This document shows, piece after piece, positions 1-8,729 of a stretch of 17,528 nt of DNA (its first letter is position 1; each line of letters starts with the position of its first letter). The stretch is taken from positions 1-17,528 of the forward strand of contig CAWABA010000002.1 of assembly GCA_963780185.1 (NCBI GenBank). The letters are read 5' to 3'. Source of the DNA: Candidatus Bathyarchaeota archaeon. GTDB taxonomy: Archaea; Thermoproteota; Bathyarchaeia; Bathyarchaeales; Bathycorpusculaceae. Made by a program: the position numbers and the translations under genes. Under the pieces are notes generated by a model. The model was given only the letters and a program-made list of their open reading frames with translations. It was not told where the DNA came from and searched no databases.

Positions 1-330
1 GGCGAGAATTGCATTTTGCGGTAAAAGCAATGCGTGGAAGCTGCGTTAACCTCGTCAGTTTTATGTTTATTTCATGTTGAATCCCTTCACAAAATTAGGT
101 CGTTGCGAGCCTAAACCTTCGAAGATTCGGCAAATTCAAGCCCTACTTCATGCTTATTCTTACCGTAAACTTGAGACTTTTTGAAGGGTTAACTTCAAAA
201 TTCTTCAAAGTACACCGTTGCCCTTGTCTTAAAATCTGCGGAATTTGGTGCGTTGAACCAAAAGCGATAAACGCAAGCGCTCCCAATCGATACTTTAACT
301 TTACTGCTTAGAGCAACTTGGGAAAGAATC

Positions 331-1976
331 ATGAGTAAAGGTACAGAGATGGCTAAGGTTACTGCAAAAGGCGGCTTCAACCTCATGTGGGGTTTAGTTG
401 CCTCGACAGTCATCTCTTTCGTAGGCATCTTAGCCATCACTTACATTCTGGGGGCACAAAACTATGGGTTATACTCAATCGCCATAGTGGGACCAACCCT
501 GATCGCAACATTCCGAGATTGCGGAGTAAATTCAGCCATGGTGAAGTACTCTGCACAATACAACGTGGAAAACAAAACGAAAATAAGAGGCATAATCGTT
601 TCTGGCTTGGTTTTCGAGATCGCATTGGGCTTGTCGCTTTCTATCCTCTCATTTGCCCTTTCCCCTTTCATAGCTTCAAGTCTTCACCGCCCCGAAATAG
701 TTCCGTTAATTCAAATCGCATCCTTCTTTATCCTGGCAGGGGCGCTGGTGAACTCCGCAACCGCCGCGTTTACTGGATTGGAAGTAATGCATTATTACAG
801 TTTCATGCTTATTATTCAATCAACCATCAAAACAGGTTTGATAATCGGACTTGTGCTCTTAGGTTTTGGAACTCTTGGAGCAATAACGGGTTACACTGTT
901 TCAGCCCTGATTGCTGGTTTAGCCGGATAATTCTGGTTTGGACTATGTATAGGGTATTGCCTAAATCATCAACAAGAACCGAAGTCTTTTCGACGATTAA
1001 AACCATGTTAGGCTACGGCATACCCGTTTCGATAGGCAACATTCTTACCGCGTTGCTAACGGCGTTCTACAGTTACATACTTGCATTTTACGTTACAAAC
1101 AACGCTCTCATCGGAAACTATAACTTAGCCATTAATTTCTCGATTCTAATAACTTTCTTCGCTACGCCCGTTACAACCATGCTTTTTCCAGCCTTCTCGA
1201 AACTGGATTACCGAAAAGATCATGATACCCTGAAAAACGTCTTTCAATACTCGGTAAAGTATGCTTCGCTTATCGTCGTACCCGTTTCAGCCTTGATGAT
1301 AGCGCTTGCCCATCCCGGCGTAGGATTCATATACCACAACAGTTATGCTTCGGCTCCATTGTTTCTGGCGTTGCTTTCAGTTACTTATATTTACTCTGCT
1401 TTTGGAAGCCTAAGCGTAAGTTCCCTGCTGATGGGGCAAGGCTTCACAAAATACAACCTGAGGCTTTCTGTCCTTCAAGTCGGAATTGGCGTTCCAGTTG
1501 GTTTCCTGCTAATTTCTAACTTCGGCGTAGTAGGCTTGATTGCTTCTTCTTTAACTGTCGGTTTGCCAAGTTTGTTCGTTGGGTTAAATTTCCTGAAGAA
1601 GAAATTCGGGGTTTCTGTGGATTGGCTGTCTTCAGTTAAGATTTTGTTGTCTTCAGCTATGGCTGCCATTTTAACCTATTTTGTAATTTCCAAATTGCCT
1701 CTTGCCTTGTTGAGGTTAGCTTTTTGGAAAATTGCTTTGAACATTTCGATTGCTTTGCAACAATTAGTCATCGGTGCAATTGCTTACGTGATTATCTTTG
1801 TTTTAGCTGCGGTTGTAACCCGAACCATCGATATAGGTGACCTGTACCATTCGCCAAATCACTGATTCACTTGGGGTTTTTCGCGGCTCGTACGTCTCCT
1901 GTTGTATGTTTTAGAAAGACTAATGGGTATGCCCAGTTCGAATAAGTCGACTGAAAACCAATCAACAAATACTTGA
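331..1976 (+). pseudogene. Wzx/MOP-superfamily oligosaccharide flippase (polysaccharide biosynthesis protein), frameshifted in this sequence
   Basis: ORF 331..930 (MSKGTEMAKVTAKGGFNLMWG..., many hydrophobic helices) continues after a 1-nt deletion at ~926 (gcc gg- ata att ctg) into the 387..1865 frame (IILVWTMYR...IGNYNLAINF...LFPAFSKLD). Two more shifts (~1845, and the T-run at 1877-1881) restore a C-terminus TIRQITDSLGVFSRLVRLLLYVLERLMG...TNT ending at TGA 1974-1976. It lies next to the rfb genes. It may be an intact gene with sequencing errors. Confidence 0.85.
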
Positions 1977-2139
1977 ATCATCTCGTTATTGATCATTAGG
2001 GAGCACAAGTCCCCTCATGTTTTTCCCAACCTTTCTTCGCATTAATAGGAACCAAACTGCTGAATGCCGATATTTTTACATAAGCTTTAAGTCAAAAAGC
2101 ATGTTATAGTTGAAACCATAAACTACATTTGGGATCGAC

Positions 2140-3195
2140 ATGAAAGCACTTGTTCTCAGCGGAGGAAAAGGAACCAGGCTTCGACCTTTAACTTTCACTT
2201 GCGCTAAACAGCTTATTCCAGTGGCAAACAAACCCATATTAGGGTACGTTCTTGATCAGGTAGCGGCAACCGCCATAAAAAAAGTTGGTATAATCACAGC
2301 GCCTGAAACTGGGCAGTACGTTAAGGACTACGTTAATGGCGGCTCAGCTTGGAATCTCGATGTGACCTATATTCCGCAGGAACCTCTTGGGTAGGCACGC
2401 GGTTAAGACTGCAAGGCGGTTTTTGGGGCAGGACGCCTTCGTCATGTGCCTAGGCCACAACGTTACTGGTCAAGGACTAAATTCGTTTGTGAAAAAATTC
2501 AAAAGCGAACATCTTGACGCACTCATTATCCTCAAAGAGGTTGAGAACCCGTCGTGTTTCGGCATAGCTAAGCTTGATGAAAAAGGAAACATCGTCAAGT
2601 TGGTGGAGAAACCTAAGACCCCGATGGGTAATTTAGCAATCATCGGCACATACTTGTTCTCAGGCAAAGTCCATCAGGCAATTGAGCGGATAAATCCTTC
2701 TTGGCGGGGCGAGTTGGAAATCACCGACGCCATCCAAGAAATGATAAACATGGGTTTCAAGGTTAAAGCTGAAATCTTGAATTCTTGGTGGTTGGACACT
2801 GGAAAAAGGACGATATTTTGTCTGCAAACGCGAGGATTCTTGATGAATACATCCTGCTTGATGTGAGGGGGCAAGTGATAAACAGTTCGATAGACGGCAG
2901 GGTCAAGATCGAGCCAGAAGCCAAGGTAGTCAACAGTACCCTTAGGGGGCCATGCGTGATCGGGAAAGGCGCGTTGATTGAAGACTCCTTCGTCGGACCA
3001 TACACAAGCATCGGCAACGGGTCACAAATTGTCAACTCCAACGTCGAATACTGCGTCATACAAGAAAACGTTATTGTTAAGGGCATAGAACGGCTGGAAG
3101 ATAGCTTGATTGGGAAAAACGCAAGGGTAACTAAGAACCTGAGGAACAGAACCATCAAGTTGCATGTAGGAGATTACTCGGAACTGGAAGTTTAA
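2140..3195 (+). pseudogene. rfbA: Glucose-1-phosphate thymidylyltransferase, long form with C-terminal beta-helix; frameshifted twice
   Basis: N-terminal motif GGKGTRLRPLT..AKQLIPVANKP, then EKPK, PSWRGELEITDAI, WWLDTGK and hexapeptide-like repeats (RGPCVIGKG, GPYTSIG). It is split over ORFs 2140..2394, 2387..2866 and 2785..3195. The shifts are at ~2392 (PLGLAHAV needs 2 extra nt) and in the A-run at 2803-2807 (GKKDDIL needs 1 extra A). Confidence 0.9.
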
Positions 3196-3212
3196 CCCGA
3201 GAAGACAACAAC

Positions 3213-3232
3213 TATTATAAATATTATTATAA
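3213..3232 (+). promoter_or_regulatory. Candidate internal archaeal TATA box(es) upstream of rfbC
   Basis: TATTATAA occurs twice (3213-3220, 3225-3232) in the AT-rich gap between rfbA and rfbC, about 25-40 nt upstream of ATG 3256. Confidence 0.4.
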
Positions 3233-3255
3233 GATTAATGCAAGGGAGCACTGAC

Positions 3256-3759
3256 ATGTTACAGGGGGTAAGGGTTAAGCCAATAAATCGGTTGCCTGAT
3301 GAACGCGGTTTTTTCACTGAAATCATGCGTAAAGACTGGAAGGAACTGTTCGGTGAAGACACAGTTGCTCAAGCGAATCTCTCATCGACGTACCCTGGCA
3401 TTATTCGTGCTTGGCATAGGCATCTCAGAGGGCAAGTAGATTATTTCCTTGTGCTCAAAGGATTAATAAAAATCTGCGCTTTCGACGAGAAAACCAAAGA
3501 ACTAAACGAGGTTATCTCCGGCGCACTGAACTTGCAACTGGTGCGTATTCCGGGTCAATACTGGCACGGTTTCAAGGCGCTCGGCGACGAATCGGTTATG
3601 CTGCTGTACTTCACAACCAACTTGTACGACCCCGCTAACCCCGACGAGGAACGCAGACCTTGGAATGACCCTTTGCTCATCCCTAACATTGTCAACGGCA
3701 AAAAAACAGATGTTCGTGTAGGTAAAGCTTGGGACTGGAATCTCCCGGCGAACAAGTGA
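3256..3759 (+). CDS. rfbC: dTDP-4-dehydrorhamnose 3,5-epimerase (cupin)
   Basis: Motifs DERGFFTE, IRAWHRH and WHGF; lies between rfbA and rfbB. ATG 3256 follows GGGAG; ATG 3238 is an alternative start. Confidence 0.9.
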   Translation: MLQGVRVKPINRLPDERGFFTEIMRKDWKELFGEDTVAQANLSSTYPGIIRAWHRHLRGQVDYFLVLKGLIKICAFDEKTKELNEVISGALNLQLVRIPGQYWHGFKALGDESVMLLYFTTNLYDPANPDEERRPWNDPLLIPNIVNGKKTDVRVGKAWDWNLPANK

Positions 3760-3765
3760 TCAACC

Positions 3766-4773
3766 ATGAGATTGTTAGTTACTGGCGGTTTAGGATTCAT
3801 CGGCAGCAATTTTTGCCGATACATTCTTGAGAAATATCCCGATTGCGAATTGATAAACGTTGACAAGATGGGCATAGGCGCTAACCCGGCTAATCTGCAT
3901 GACATTGAAAATGATAAGCGATACACTTTCATTAAAGGAGATATTTGCAATCCTTTGCTCATCAGCAGGCTCATACATCAAGTAGACGCCATTGTTAATT
4001 TTGCTGCGGAGACTCATGTGGATAGAAGCATCGCTGACCCTAACCTGTTTCTGCAGAACAACACGGTCGGCACTTTCACAGTTTTAGAAGCCATTCGTAG
4101 ACACAACCATAAGGTTCGGCTTTTGCAGGTTTCGACAGATGAAGTTTACGGAGAGGCGTTGGAAGGGTCTTTCACAGAAAATGAGCCGCCTAAACCGTCT
4201 AATCCTTACTCGGCTTCCAAAGCTGCCGCTGACATGTTTGTCTTGTCGTACCGCAAAACATACAACTTAAACGTATGCATTACACGCTGCACCAACAATT
4301 TCGGTCCTTACCAGCTGCCGGAGAAACTTATTCCGAAAACCATCATACGCGCCCAAAGAGACCTTCCTATCCCGATTTATGGGACTGGCAAAAACATTCG
4401 CGATTGGATTTACGTCAAAGATCATTGCGAAGCCATCGCGACGGTTCTTGAGAAGGGGAAAGCTGGAGAAGTCTACAATGTTTCGGCTGGAAACGAAGTT
4501 CCCAACATCGAGATCGCAAAAAAAATCCTTAATGCGCTGCATAAGCCTGAAAGCTTGATTAATTTTGTTGAAGACCGTCCGGGGCATGATACAAGGTACA
4601 GTTTGGATTCAACAAAAATAAGAGACACTTTGAATTGGAAGCCGAAATGCAACTTTGATGAATCCTTGGAGTCCACTGTCCGCTGGTACCTTGAGAATGA
4701 GCATTGGTGGACACCGTTTGCTAACGACGTAATTCTTCACCCGACGCCTTGGAAGCTTGGTGGGTTCCACTGA
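3766..4773 (+). CDS. rfbB: dTDP-glucose 4,6-dehydratase
   Basis: GGLGFIG Rossmann motif, AAETHVDRSI, STDEVYG, YSASK catalytic motif and DRPGHD.RY; 335 aa. Confidence 0.96.
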   Translation: MRLLVTGGLGFIGSNFCRYILEKYPDCELINVDKMGIGANPANLHDIENDKRYTFIKGDICNPLLISRLIHQVDAIVNFAAETHVDRSIADPNLFLQNNTVGTFTVLEAIRRHNHKVRLLQVSTDEVYGEALEGSFTENEPPKPSNPYSASKAAADMFVLSYRKTYNLNVCITRCTNNFGPYQLPEKLIPKTIIRAQRDLPIPIYGTGKNIRDWIYVKDHCEAIATVLEKGKAGEVYNVSAGNEVPNIEIAKKILNALHKPESLINFVEDRPGHDTRYSLDSTKIRDTLNWKPKCNFDESLESTVRWYLENEHWWTPFANDVILHPTPWKLGGFH

Positions 4774-5648
4774 AACTTCTAATCACAGGTGCAATCGGGC
4801 TCTATGGTTCAAAACTGGCAAAGATTGCCGTCGAACGAAACATCGAAGTTTATTCGAGTGATGTGCAAGAGATGGTTGTCTGCGGTAACTTCGTTAAACT
4901 TGACGTTTCAAACAAAGAGTTAGTTGATGAAGCGTTTAAGCGGGTTAAGCCCGACGTCGTGGTTCACGCTGCGACCTTGACTGATGTGGATAAATGCGAG
5001 TTGAACAAGGAGCTTGCCTGGAAAATCAACGTTGAAGGCACCAAAAACATTGTAGAGGCAGCCAAGAAAACGGGTTCTTTTCTGATTTACATTTCAACGG
5101 ATTACGTTTTTAGCGGCGAAAAAGGCAATTACACCGAGTTGGACGAGCCTGGCCCGATCAATCATTATGGGGTAACTAAACTTGCTGCGGAAGAACTTGT
5201 CAAGGCGCAAGATGAATATCTTATCGGTAGGCCAAGTGTCATTTACGGTTCTACTCCGGCTGCTGGAAAAGTAAACTTTGCCCTCTGGCTGACGGAAACG
5301 CTGCGAAAAGGAGAACGCGTTAGAATTGTTACTGATCAATGGAACACCCCTACGCTGAACACTAATTTGGCGGAGATGACTTTGGAAGCGGCTGAGCGTC
5401 GATTAACTGGAATTTTTCATCTTTGTGGTGCTACTCGGGTCAGCAGATTCGAGTTTGCCCAGTTGATCGCTGAAACTTTCGATTTAGACAAAACGCTTAT
5501 TGACCCAGTTCCTTCGTCGCTGTTCAAGTGGCCAGCGAAACGGCCGATGGATTCGTCGCTTGACACAACAAAAGCCCAGCAGACTCTGAAGAACAAGCCG
5601 TTTGAGATCCATGAAGCGCTGAAGCGGTTGAAACTTGAAGTTTCATGA
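4770..5648 (+). CDS. rfbD: dTDP-4-dehydrorhamnose reductase
   Basis: KLLITGAIGLYG, HAATLTDVDKCE, STDYVFSG, YGVTK, DQWNTPT and AKRP..SSLD. The probable start is CTG 4770, overlapping the rfbB stop; TTG 4749 is an alternative. Confidence 0.93.
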   Translation: MKLLITGAIGLYGSKLAKIAVERNIEVYSSDVQEMVVCGNFVKLDVSNKELVDEAFKRVKPDVVVHAATLTDVDKCELNKELAWKINVEGTKNIVEAAKKTGSFLIYISTDYVFSGEKGNYTELDEPGPINHYGVTKLAAEELVKAQDEYLIGRPSVIYGSTPAAGKVNFALWLTETLRKGERVRIVTDQWNTPTLNTNLAEMTLEAAERRLTGIFHLCGATRVSRFEFAQLIAETFDLDKTLIDPVPSSLFKWPAKRPMDSSLDTTKAQQTLKNKPFEIHEALKRLKLEVS

Positions 5649-5717
5649 AATGTTTGATTAGAGACGCAAATGTTATGTTCAAGCCCTCCCAAATCATTTG
5701 TTGTTTGTGAAGGCTAA

Positions 5718-6080
5718 ATGAGGCAAACCAGTGTTAAGCAAATAGCGAGGCAGCGAATTCAAATATTGTTCGATGAGGCAAAGAAGGCTTCCGAAAGTGA
5801 CCCTGAACTAGCTACGCAGTACGTTAAATCTGCGCGAAGAATCGCTATGGCTGCAAGAATCCGTATGCCCCTCGACTTTAAGCGGCAAACATGCAAAAAC
5901 TGCAATGCGCTTCTTGTGCAGGGCAATAATTGTCGGGTTAGGGTAAAGCAGAAAAGGGAGCCTCATGTTGTAATAACCTGTTTAAACTGCGGCAACCAGA
6001 CCCGCATAATGTTAAGAAAGAGAACGGAGCAACAAAATCTTGAGCACCAAAATAAAAACACGAATGAAACGCCACGTTAA
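5718..6080 (+). CDS. rnp4: Ribonuclease P protein component 4 (Rpp21)
   Basis: IARQRIQILF..A, YVKSARRIAM, and a zinc ribbon CKNC...CLNCG; upstream of yhbY as in other archaea. Confidence 0.93.
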   Translation: MRQTSVKQIARQRIQILFDEAKKASESDPELATQYVKSARRIAMAARIRMPLDFKRQTCKNCNALLVQGNNCRVRVKQKREPHVVITCLNCGNQTRIMLRKRTEQQNLEHQNKNTNETPR

Positions 6081-6351
6081 ACACGTACTTAAAGATGAGA
6101 ACCCAACTATTTGGGTCGGCAAGGAAGGCTTATCCCCGCAGTGTGCAGGTGAGATTGAAAAGCAACTGCAGAGAAATAAGATGGTTAAAGTCAGAATTTT
6201 GCCTGCCGCTTTGCAGGGCGACAACACGGCTCAGAGTGTAGCGGTCAAGGCTGCTGAGCAAACTGGGTCAGGCTTGGTTGAAGTCAGGGGACACGTGTTT
6301 ATTCTTTTCAGGAAGCGTAAAGCTGCGGAAACGGCGGCTGAATCGACCTGA
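6040..6351 (+). CDS. yhbY: YhbY/CRM-domain RNA-binding protein
   Basis: PTIWVGKEGL, EIEKQL..NKMVKVRIL and EVRGHVFILFR; TTG start after GGAG (6026-6029); overlaps the rnp4 3' end by 41 nt. Confidence 0.9.
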   Translation: MSTKIKTRMKRHVKHVLKDENPTIWVGKEGLSPQCAGEIEKQLQRNKMVKVRILPAALQGDNTAQSVAVKAAEQTGSGLVEVRGHVFILFRKRKAAETAAEST

Positions 6352-6412
6352 TTTCTCTTAGTCATAATTGTTTTTGAAGCGTTTGAACCGAGAAGAACCC
6401 GTACTTCAGGGC

Positions 6413-7327
6413 TCAACAGCTTTTTTCAACGGGTGGGCATCGGTAGCCTGTTTTGTGTTCAAGTTCATTGGCTAGCAAAGCTGCCACATCGCTTGGTTTC
6501 TCGGCAACTTTGACCCCAACGCTTGAAAATGCGTCGATCTTGCTTTGAGCCGTGCCCTGCTTACCCGTTATGATGGCTCCCGCGTGACCCATCCGCTTGC
6601 CCTCTGGCGCAAAACGACCAGCCACGTAAGCCACGACAGGCTTGGGATAGTTGGTTTCGGTTATGTAATGTGCCGCAAGCTCTTCCATGTTGCCGCCGAT
6701 TTCACCGATTAAGACCACAGCCTTTGTTTTTGGGTCAGCCTTGAACAGCTCTAAGGCTTCGACGAAGTTTAATCCCACAACGGGGTCGCCGCCGACGCCC
6801 ACGCAGGTTGATTGCCCTAAACCGTTAGCTGTGAGAGTCGCAGCTATTTCATAGGTTAACGTGCCGCTTCTTGAAACTAAACCAACATTGCCCGAGGTGA
6901 AAACGTCGGCTGGCATTATTCCAAGCTTGCATTCGCCAGGCGTTATTATTCCCGGCGTGTTCGGGCCGACAACTGTAACTTGGGATTGAGCCGAGTAGCT
7001 CATGATGTCCACCGCGTCTCTGATTGGTATATGTTCGGTGACAATGACGATTGTTTTGATTTTGTTGGCGACCGCTTCTAAAACGGCTTCTTGCGCAAAA
7101 GGTGCAGGCACAAAAATTATCGAAGCGTTAGGCGAAAACGCATCGACAGTTTCTCTTACGGTGTCAAAAACAGGTAACCCGTAGACTATTGTCCCGCCTT
7201 TGCCTGGGACGACTCCCGCCACAACTTTCGTGCCGTAATCAAGCATAAGCTTAGTCTGGTAGCTGCCTTGCTTTCCCGTGATGCCTTGAACAATCGCTCT
7301 TGTGCCCGAATCAACCAGAATTCCCAT
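6413..7327 (-). CDS. sucD: Succinyl-CoA synthetase alpha subunit
   Basis: IVQGITGKQG, GPNTPGII, SRSGTLTYE, GVGGDP and the phospho-His motif RMGHAGA. ATG 7327 overlaps the sucC stop (TGATG); GTG 7330 is an alternative. Confidence 0.96.
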   Translation of the reverse strand: MGILVDSGTRAIVQGITGKQGSYQTKLMLDYGTKVVAGVVPGKGGTIVYGLPVFDTVRETVDAFSPNASIIFVPAPFAQEAVLEAVANKIKTIVIVTEHIPIRDAVDIMSYSAQSQVTVVGPNTPGIITPGECKLGIMPADVFTSGNVGLVSRSGTLTYEIAATLTANGLGQSTCVGVGGDPVVGLNFVEALELFKADPKTKAVVLIGEIGGNMEELAAHYITETNYPKPVVAYVAGRFAPEGKRMGHAGAIITGKQGTAQSKIDAFSSVGVKVAEKPSDVAALLANELEHKTGYRCPPVEKSC

Positions 7328-8460
7328 CACGGTCTCCCCCTGCTTGCAAACTCAACTGCTTTGCTTGCCGTTTCCTCCATGCTGCCCAAAACGCTTACCC
7401 CTGCATCTGCAAGAATTCTTTGTCCTTCCCACTGGTTTGTTCCTACAAGCCTAACCGCTAATGGCTTCTCCGCTTTAGTCTCTTTGATGGCTTCAATTAT
7501 GCCTCTTGCCACCTCATCACAACGTGTAATTCCGCCAAGAACGTTGACTAAAACAGCTTTGGTATCAGGGTCATTTAGGACGATTTCCATCGCCGCCTTA
7601 ATCGCTTCCATTTGTGCTCCGCCGCCTACATCCAGAAAATTCGCTGGTTTGCCCCCGAAAAAAGTCAACAAATCAAGAGTTGCCATAACCAACCCTGCGC
7701 CGTTGCCGACGACGCCTATGTCGCCGTCAAGCTTGACGTAAGCCAAATTGTTTTTTTGAGCCAGAGCCTCGGTGGACGAGAGTGTTTGGGCTTCTTTCGT
7801 CTCGTACTCTGGATGCCTAAACAGCGCGTTATCGTCGATTACCATTCGAGCGTCGGCAGCTACAAAACCCTCCGTTTCCACTAATGGGTTGATCTCTGCC
7901 AACTCAGCGTCGCTCTCCAAGCACGCTCGGTAAAGCTTCAGAATAATGGTTGACAACTCGACAAGCTGGTTACCGCTGTAACCCAGTTGCTTCGCTATGG
8001 CTAATGTATCAAAAGAATGCATGCCTAGTTGGGAATCAACATTTGCTCTGATGATTGCCTTGGGGTTTTTCTCGGCTGCTTCTTCTATTTCCATGCCGCC
8101 CATCGCGGAGGCTAAAGCGACATAGCTTCGGCTGAATCGGTCAACCGTTATGCCCAAGTACAACTCCTTTTTTGTCTGAAGCCTTTCCTCGATTAGCACT
8201 TGCTTGACGGGTAGGTTCTTTATCTTTGCCCCAAACAGTTTCTCTGCGACTTCTTTTGCCTCTTGTGCTGTTGAGGCAGGCAGGATTCCTCCAGCTTTTC
8301 CCCTTCCACCAGCGGGAACCTGCGCCTTAACCATAAAAGGAGGGTTTATGTTTCTGACGGCATCCGCGGTTTGCTTGAAATCGGAAATTAAGCTGCCTTT
8401 TGGCGTGGGAATGCCGTATCTGAAGAGCACTTGTTTTGCTTCATATTCGGTCAGGTTCAA
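7327..8460 (-). CDS. sucC: Succinyl-CoA synthetase beta subunit (ATP-grasp)
   Basis: NLTEYEAK, VKAQV.AGGRGKAGG, EINPL, DDNALFRH, GNGAGLVMAT.D, PANFLDVGGGA and GGITRCD; TTG start at 8460 (GTG 8469 alternative). Confidence 0.96.
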   Translation of the reverse strand: MNLTEYEAKQVLFRYGIPTPKGSLISDFKQTADAVRNINPPFMVKAQVPAGGRGKAGGILPASTAQEAKEVAEKLFGAKIKNLPVKQVLIEERLQTKKELYLGITVDRFSRSYVALASAMGGMEIEEAAEKNPKAIIRANVDSQLGMHSFDTLAIAKQLGYSGNQLVELSTIILKLYRACLESDAELAEINPLVETEGFVAADARMVIDDNALFRHPEYETKEAQTLSSTEALAQKNNLAYVKLDGDIGVVGNGAGLVMATLDLLTFFGGKPANFLDVGGGAQMEAIKAAMEIVLNDPDTKAVLVNVLGGITRCDEVARGIIEAIKETKAEKPLAVRLVGTNQWEGQRILADAGVSVLGSMEETASKAVEFASRGRP

Positions 8461-8716
8461 AATAATCACTAGCTAGCTTGTTGTCGTTGCATAAGAATTT
8501 TTTTCAGACAATCCTCTTTGGAGCAGAATCACAATGCAGAAATCTTAATAGCACGTAAAGGGTTGACTAGACAATCGACCAATCCCTTGCCTGAAAATGC
8601 GCAGAATTCAAAAGAATTCATGATGATTTGCTTCCTTACGGTTTTCCAGCCTTTCATCTGCATCATCGACACAGCACAAAGTAGCGCCCAACGCATCTGC
8701 CCGCAGCAACTGGCAG

Positions 8717-8724
8717 GGAGGTGA
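8717..8724 (+). promoter_or_regulatory. Shine-Dalgarno site of the membrane/Ig protein gene
   Basis: GGAGGTGA sits 5 nt upstream of ATG 8730 and matches the canonical archaeal SD. Confidence 0.75.
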
Positions 8725-8729
8725 AAAGA

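Noticed and set aside
387-925. N-terminal 180 aa of ORF 387..1865
   Set aside because: It is an off-frame shadow of the real flippase N-terminus (331..930); only the part after ~927 is flippase-like.
2803-2807. Programmed frameshifting or phase variation at the rfbA A-run
   Set aside because: The run is short, and similar deletions occur at non-slippery sites in three other genes, so error or decay is simpler.
6352-6412. att site or target-site duplication at the metabolic block borders
   Set aside because: Only ATTGTTTT is shared with the right border (~12835-12842), which is too short and AT-rich; no integrase, transposase or tRNA is present.
8620-8680. ATGATGA C-box-like motif suggesting a C/D box sRNA
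   Set aside because: No CTGA D box follows at the expected 45-60 nt distance.
8518-8724. 68-aa ORF in the sucC/membrane-gene spacer
   Set aside because: No recognisable motif or SD; it occupies the divergent promoter region and overlaps the SD of the next gene.
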